From contig OZ024742.1 of the NCBI GenBank assembly GCA_964016885.1, positions 48,112,001 to 48,176,000 on the forward strand: 64,000 nucleotides of DNA, given 5' to 3'. The notes below the pieces were generated by a model, which had not been told where the DNA came from, did not search any database, and saw nothing but the letters and a program-made list of their open reading frames with translations. Positions 55,880 to 64,000 of the stretch are shown here, one piece after another (the first letter of the stretch is position 1; the number at the start of each line of letters is the position of its first letter). The stretch is from Eledone cirrhosa (taxonomy: Eukaryota). Both the position numbers and the translations under genes were made by a program.

Positions 55880-56105
55880 AGTGTAATCTGAGTTTTACGA
55901 ATATTAATAATAATATTCGAATTGTTTGCAATTATGCAAACAGCCTCGGTTTTAAAGCCATGTCAGTAAAATGGCATGTAAATAGAACTGCAGACAGTTC
56001 TGGGTGATTACCCTTCATCAGTGAATGACTTTAAAGAGGCTGTTTTCATAATTGCAAACGAAACGAATATTACTATTAGTATTTGAAAATCTCAGATTAC
56101 AATGT
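55880..56105. repeat. Diverged fold-back (~75-bp arms) around a decayed hammerhead-like motif
   Basis: 55882-55958 inverted against 56027-56101; minus strand CTGATGA aGGGT aatc ACCC aGAA CTG tctg CAG TT. Confidence 0.5.
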
Positions 56106-56312
56106 TAAGTCTCTATGGGGAAGGTTTAGCATTAGTTAAGCGACGAAGAAAACAATAGAAAAGAGATTAAACCTAATAACCAGAAATAGAGTGTGAGGCA
56201 AGCAAATGTAATATATGACGTAAGAGAAGGATGAAATTAATACAATTATGCGCGAGAAAACGTGTTTAAATGAAATCGAAGAATATATGTACACTTGCAC
56301 ATACATAGACAC

Positions 56313-56413
<101 letters not shown>

Positions 56414-56693
56414 AATAAAAAAAGATGAAATCGAAAATGCAACTGGAGTCTTATTTTTTAAACAAATATATATATTTATTTGGTTCCTTTACCGGTTTCG
56501 CAGTTCTTCTGCTTTTCAAAAGTAGAGTTGAGATGGACGGTCTGTGGTTTTTCTCACATCTATATATTTCTGACATATATATTTTTAAAACAAATAAGAC
56601 TCCAGTTGCATTTTCGATTTCATCTTTTTCTCTCTATACTTTCACTCGTGTAGGATACCTCGGTTATTTTTCATTTTGTAAAAAAAACCTCAC

Positions 56694-56754
<61 letters not shown>

Positions 56755-57068
56755 CATATATATATATATATGCATACATATAAACTACTTATTCTTCCAT
56801 AACACTCATGTAAATATTCTTCTAAACCTGATAGTGATTTAATAATGTTTAATTTATTGATATTCGTTGTGCCACCACGCAGACCTATGTATATTTCTAT
56901 AAATATGCCTCATCATATCCAACGATGAAGCCAGATGAAGCAACGATTGCCACGTTTCTAAACTTTATATTGAATCTAACGTATTGATTACTTATTGAGT
57001 GAAATGTGAATGTTTTACGTACGACAGTATTTTAAACACACACGTACACGCGCACACACAAACACACA

Positions 57069-57139
<71 letters not shown>

Positions 57140-57928
57140 ACACATATATATATATAGGTGTGTGTGTGCATGTGAGTAGGTATATGTAATTCTTAATACC
57201 TTAAATGGCTAATATATACTAGGATTAATAAAAATATATAGAGAAAATTACGTTTTACAAGGAACCCAGTTTTATTTTCGTCTCTTTATTGCTGAAAGTC
57301 TCCAGAATTTATTATCTGACAGAGGAAGTTCAGTAAGATTGCAAACAATTTCATTTGACATGACTTCCGGTGTAGATACAAACTTCAACTTTGATTGTTT
57401 TGTTGTGACCTTTTAAGATGTGTGTTTCAGAGTGGTATCAACAGCCAAAGTCAGTTTAAAAACTGAATTGTGATTGTTTCTAAGAATATATCTTGGTGGC
57501 ATTTAATTGACGAACCGCCTATCTGTCTACTTAACTCTCAACACTATATTTGTAATCTGAAATGATAATTATCACCCTCCGCTTTACTTAACTAGCTCCC
57601 ACTCTCTACCTCACTATACATAGATCACTTATGTATTTTCTCTGTATTTCTCTATATCTCTTTTATCCATATCAGTTCAAATCAGTGCTTCTTTACTCTG
57701 ACTTAATATTTCTACTCCTCTCTTCCTAGATCTAATTATCATTTCCATGAATGACACTCTCTATGGACGCAAGCACATATGTGTGTGAGTGTGTGTGTGT
57801 GTGTGTGTGAAAAACACAGACCACGGCACCAAATAATTTAGGATTAGCGGTTACCCCGGTCTCAACACCACAAAATCTCTCTCTCTATATTCCTCTCCCC
57901 CCTCTCTCTCTATTAATATATATATATT

Positions 57929-57959
<31 letters not shown>

Positions 57960-57973
57960 ATATTTATATATAT

Positions 57974-58900
57974 AAAGTAAAGTAATTAAGTCAAATATTT
58001 AAAATTTGGCTTCGTTTATTAAAGATGTACTGCTATATATATTTCGGTGACAGTCATCATTGGCTCTGACCTCTTCAGGTAGTCCGAATTGGTGTGGTAG
58101 AGATAGGTACACATGTTGTTAAAATGTTTTACTCCGTCAATACTCCGATATGTCCATCTCCTGGTTGGGTTGTTATTTCTCTGAGGTACTGGAATCATAT
58201 GAATTCGAACAAACGAATTTCGGCATCACAGGACACTCTCTCCACCGATTGGTCATTTGTGAGAACATTCGTCAGTCAAAAGTCTATAGAAATGTTTTCT
58301 GTGTCAAGACAATCTGTTGTGGTTGTTTTTGTTAAGTACAGCTGACCTCCTCCGTGGTGTTTATTGGCGTTAGGGGATTAGCTGGCAGGTCAGCCTGGTT
58401 CTACTGCTGCTGTCTTTAGACGAATGAATGTGTGCGGGTTGGCATCAATCCTACCACCCTTTCACGTGTTGGGGGGTGGGCGCAAACAAATAATGAAATA
58501 AGATAAAGTAAAATGAAGAAATAAAATATATATAAAAAAAAAAATAATAATAATAAGATAAAATACAATAAAATGAAGAAGTAAAAAATAAATAAATAAA
58601 TAAATAAAATAGAATAAAATGCGTGTTTGTTATAGCCAATATCAAATATCAAAGAAGAATAAGGTGCGTGTGTGTTATAGCCAATATTAAAGTTTGAAAG
58701 ATTTGGAAAATATTGACTGAAGTAGAAAGGCCTGTGTCAGAATCGGGAAATGCAGTGGACCACAGTTTTTAATTCGGCATAGAGTATATATGCGTGTATG
58801 TCAACCCACACCGTTGCAAGCCCACAAGCACAAAGACGGGCCCAGGTACATCCCATAATCACACACACCCACACATACACAGATTATACAAACACACATA

Positions 58901-58971
<71 letters not shown>

Positions 58972-59006
58972 ATGTGTGTGTGTGCGTGTGCGTGTCTGTG
59001 CGCGTG

Positions 59007-59086
<80 letters not shown>

Positions 59087-60032
59087 CACGCGCACAGACA
59101 CGCACACGCACACACACACATACACACACACATATGTAAGTATCAGTGCATGTCACATCTTAAATAACAGGATGTATGTATGGAAATATGCATAAGTCTG
59201 TGCTGCCATAGGAGTCGATCAAGGCAGGGGTAGGGGTGGTGAAAGTGTAGGGGCTCATTAACCGTGGGTTCGGTGAGGCGGGGCTACTGTCCCAATAGCT
59301 TGAGGGAAGTTCCCTTCCCAATGCGTTGTTGTTGCCCATATAGCTAGAGTAAGGTCCCGGCCTGAGGTGTCTACATGTCCCGGGGAAGTCCCTAGAGCCT
59401 GAGGGATGTTCCCATCTCAAAGTGTTGTTATTGTCCAAATACCTTGAGGAAGGTCCGGGTCTAGAATGTCTACATGTCCCGGAGAAGTCCCTATAGCTTG
59501 AGGGAAGTTCCCCTCCCACTGTGTTGTTATTGTCCATAACGCCAATAAACACCACGGAGAAGGTCAGCTGTACTTAACAAAAACAACCACAACAGATTGT
59601 ATTGCCTCGGAAAAAAAATTCTATACACTTTTGACTGAGGAATGTTCTCACAACTGACCAATGGGTGGAGAGAGTGTCCTGTGATGCCGAAATTCGTTTG
59701 TTCGAATTCATATGATTCCAGTACCTCAGAGAAATAACATCCCAACCAGGAGATGGACATATCGGAGTATTGACGGAGTAAAACACTTTAACAACATGTG
59801 TACCTGTCTCTACCACACCAATTCAGGCTGCCTGAAGAGGTCACAGCCAATGATGACTGTCACCGAAATATATATAGCAGTACATCTTTAATAAACGAAA
59901 TCAAATTTTAAATATTTGACTTAATTACTTTATTTTACAATACTCCGGAGTAATCAAACCAACCCGCGTACTTCGTCGAGTGCTCCAATCTGCATACTGA
60001 GGTGTCGGTAAACAACCAACATATACACAAAA
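57974..60032. mobile_element. PLE family B (diverged subfamily): long tail-less minus arm and short tail-bearing plus arm
   Basis: 57974-58370 inverted against 59538-59937; HHRs at 58029-58083 (minus) and 59827-59881 (plus); ORF-end repeats 59290-59535 on minus. Confidence 0.85.
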
Positions 60033-60185
60033 TATATATGTATATATATATATCGAGTTTAATATAGAAATGGCTTCTACTTGAGAAAAACGGTTTCATT
60101 CAAAAGAAATCATATATACATGTGTGTGTTTGCATGTGTGCGTGCGTGCGCGCGTGTGTGTGCGTGTGTGTGTGTTTGTGCGTAT

Positions 60186-60279
<94 letters not shown>

Positions 60280-60481
60280 ATATATTCATATTTCTTTAGT
60301 ATAATGAATTATTTCTTGAAATAATATGTCTATGTATCACATTGCAAGTTTTCATAAGAAGATATTGGAAATAGATCCCTTTCTTGGACTCATTCACACA
60401 ATTTCATATATACACAAATATGCATACAATTGAACATGAAAGCATTAAATGTATACTACCGTATGGATATATACATACATG

Positions 60482-60565
<84 letters not shown>

Positions 60566-61519
60566 GGTGTGTGTGTGTGTCTCTCTGTGTGTGTGCCTGT
60601 TTGTGTGCCTGTGTGTGTGTATAATTTGAAATGCTCATATATTGAAATATTCTTTTTCGCTCAAATTCTTTGATTTTTACGCAGATTTTGCAATGTTCTT
60701 TCATGTCATAACATTTTAGGGGAAAATAACAAGTTTGAAGAACGGGGACGGGAGATAACACCAATTATCCTTGACTCTCTAACAATAGCAGGAAGCTTCT
60801 AACGTTCAAAATTGATATGTAGTTAAGGATTGCATTGAGAAATCTGAAAGAATTAAAGTTATATATGTATAAATCGACATTTGAAGATACCTACGAAGTA
60901 ATTCATGAAATCCTTGTTGTTCTTTTGTTTTAGTACCGAAAGTTGTATATGAATGCAACTCCGATGATTATGAAATAAAGTAACAAGAATTGTTCATAAT
61001 ATGATGCAACTCGGCTGGTAGGTTTGACGATATATTTTGTAAATACACAATTGGTGTTAGCGTGGGCGGTTGTAAGGCCATATAAAAAATATTAATAACA
61101 TAAATATTATGTATAATAATTGATTCTACTTTTAATTAATGCAATTATCCCAGTGCATTACTGGTGGTTAATTTTATTGACCCCGTAAGGAAGAAAGGCA
61201 AAGTTAACCTCGGTGCGATTTGAACTCAGAAAGTAAAGGGCCATAATTCTATCCTACAAAGCATAGTGTCTGACGCTCTACCGATCATTCCAATAAATTT
61301 TCTGGTTATAAAGTTATAAAGTTTTGCAATTAGGCCAACAATTTTGAAGCAGGGGAATTCTATTAAATGTACTCCAGTGTGTTACTGGTACTTAATTTTA
61401 ACAACACCATAATTATGAAACGCAAAGCTAACCTTGGCGTGATTTCAACTCAAATATGAAAGGAAAATGGAGAAGAAAATCATGAGAATACGAAAAACGA
61501 GAACATTGTGTGGAAGCGG

Positions 61520-61960
61520 CAGACTGTTTTAGCTCACCCCTGCGGATAAAACTGTGAAGGCATTGTCGTTGAAAATGGCAAGTGACAGTGGATGCAGCAA
61601 GCATCCTACCTCACAAGGCTCCTTCCTCTTGTGGGCTGCAGTCTTCTCAATATTGTGGAGGCAAGCAGCAGGTCGGGGACCAAGGGCACATGAGGTATCG
61701 GCTGCAACCGTCACAGAAATGAAGTGGTCGGTCAAGCCCCAGTGTTTGGTTATCATCCTCTCCTCAGCATTGCGGGTGGCGGTGACCGAATTTGCGGCCG
61801 AAAAGACAGAGTTAGAGGCGCAGAACGAGTTACATCACATGGCGGCGCAGAATTAGGAAGTATCACCTGCAAGTGTGAAGCTATCCCGGCTGGAGTTTAT
61901 CCATCACCACAGTCAGTGCAATTAGGCTACAGTTGCGACAGGAAGCCGGCTGCGTCGCTG
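61520..61960 (-). pseudogene. Possible RLE-type (CRE-like) LINE C-terminal remnant
   Basis: GC-rich island; CTDC..HTC..RRH followed by SVTV..AA..IEK..KRK..C..G..LHPLSL, resembling zinc knuckle + RLE order. Confidence 0.35.
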
Positions 61961-63189
61961 ATTATAATTATGTCATTCGTTTTATCTCTGAATCGAAGCT
62001 TCTATGATACACTTTTATTGGTAATTTCTACACTTTTCTTGCTAATAAACAACTAAAAAATCACGCAACAAATTGCGTTCTCGTAACATATTTTATGAAC
62101 ACATCAGTGTTCAAAATTTACTAAATGTTTTGTTGTTTTTCTTCTCAAAATATAACAAAAATATCTTTTTGCTGAGCATGATACCATTTTTTCTTTATTT
62201 CATTACAAAGAGCCAACGATGACTGCGGCACCACAAAAGTTCGGCGCCAGATTGTATAAGCTTATAATACAAAAAGTTCCTGTCTTTAAACAATGAAAAT
62301 CTTGAAAATGGAATCCGTCAAATTATTGTTGAACGTATATAATGTTATTTCAAATTTTCGGGAAAAAATTTGTAATTTCATTTCAAATTTCTATGAGTAA
62401 CATACATTACATCTAATAGTAATTAAAGTATATGAAAAAGAAAGAAACGCTGCACCAAAGTGCGTTGTAGTTCCAATATGAAGGAATGTTTATAAATGTG
62501 GCAAATACTACATATTTGTTTTTTGCTGTAATTTTAAATATTCATTTGATTGAATATATTTTTTTCATCATTCATGTTTGATATTCAATTTTTATGAAGT
62601 TTTATTTAATAAGATAATTTTATGTCTACATTTGTCACGGTGGATCACGTAATTAATAATTCATTACATGCAAAAGCAGGAAATGTAATTTCAGCTCTTG
62701 TAGAAAGTCATATATATACCTGGATATAAAAAAACAGTGAAATATAGTCTTTTGCAAGAATACGTTGTTGGAAGAAGTGTCTGGTATGGAAATCTGCCAT
62801 TTTTGGTACGTCACTTCCTTAACATTAATATAGATATGTTATGACTGAAAGGTCATATGTCGCTTCTGTCTGCAACATATAAGTTTACGATATTTTACAA
62901 GATTACCAACTGATATTTTACCAATGGATATAACCTGTTGGTTTTTGCAATTCGTTATACATGAATCTGCATATGGGTATTAAGGAAAAAACGATATCGT
63001 CTGTTACTAAGAATGTTCTGAATGCCAGAAATTAAATAATTATACGAGGAGCAATACATCTATAACTTCCATCACTTCAAACAAAGAAAGAACGTTTTTT
63101 TTCAAATATAATGAAAACTTGGATTTATACATAAATGCCCTCTATGAAAAAAAAATTAAATAAATAAGCACATTTACTTACTTGCCACC

Positions 63190-63440
63190 TCTTGCAAATA
63201 CAAGCGGCCACAATTGGTTTTCCTCTGAAGGGTATTGGAGTAACACTACTCGATAGAGTGCTACTGTGCAAATCAGAGAGTCACTCCAGGAAGAGGCGCT
63301 ACTTCTACGAATGTGTTTAGAATCTCTAGACAGATATAACGGAAAAATCCAAACGGTGGGAAACCCAGGAGTAGACCCCGAGCAAGCTGGTTTGATAACA
63401 TCCAGGAGCTCGGCTGGTTCCATCAGATGACATTCTTCCA
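63190..63440 (+). pseudogene. RTE-type LINE C-terminal remnant
   Basis: GGKPRSRPRASWFDNIQE resembles the RTE GKRxRGRPxxxWxDxI motif. Confidence 0.5.
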
Positions 63441-63594
63441 AATTATTAATTAATATTCACCTATTAGTAAATGCAAACAGTCCTCTCATTTACCAGCATG
63501 GTGTAGGTTTGCATGCATGTGTATAAATGTCGCTAGTTATAGCAGCTATATATCATGTCTATCAACTTAATTAATATATATACAGTGTGTCCCA

Positions 63595-63631
<37 letters not shown>

Positions 63632-63647
63632 TACACACACACACGCG

Positions 63648-63691
<44 letters not shown>

Positions 63692-64000
63692 TATATAAAT
63701 ATAGAGAGCTTTATTCGATTTGTGATATTTTGCATTCTCGCAATAATACACAACTGAATCATTCGCTTAATAGAGGTGTTACCTCCCTTGCTGAATCCCA
63801 CGAGGGGTCAGTAATAGCCACACTATCTATAGCATCTTGGAGCAAAACCCGTTGATAACACGACTGCCTTGTTCATCATCTCACCAGAAGCCCAACATTC
63901 TTTATGTAGGCGGACAGTACCTGATTTGGAGTCGCAGAAACCAATACTGGATTTTACCATCAGTCCAGGGTCCGGGAAAGTATCAACACATATATTTTTA

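Noticed and set aside
63178-63441. Possible host exon on the minus strand ending in GTAAGT
   Set aside because: All three frames hit stops after the nearest acceptor AG, and the plus strand carries an RTE-like motif

Overview
AT-rich, microsatellite-dense eukaryotic DNA, probably from an octopus or other cephalopod (inferred from the SINE and repeat content). No host gene is supported; most predicted ORFs are (TA)n/(CA)n artefacts. The window is dominated by retroelements: many Penelope-like elements (PLEs; RT + C-terminal GIY-YIG, mostly with Hydra-clade-like motifs), a near-complete R4/Dong LINE in (TAA)n, a 5'-truncated CR1-type LINE, a deleted mariner and about 10 tRNA-derived SINEs. The main signal is about two dozen type I hammerhead ribozyme (HHR) motifs from about 10 unrelated families, found by eye. 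They sit in fold-back (inverted) insertions in (TA)n in which only one arm carries a 3' tail. In about 8 families that tail begins with the same RCTC..GAGY hairpin, 4-10 nt beyond where the tail-less arm ends. The set includes a non-coding 538-bp tandem HHR repeat (retrozyme-like) and recurrent non-canonical ribozyme cores. Coordinates and folds were read manually; no ribozyme activity has been tested.
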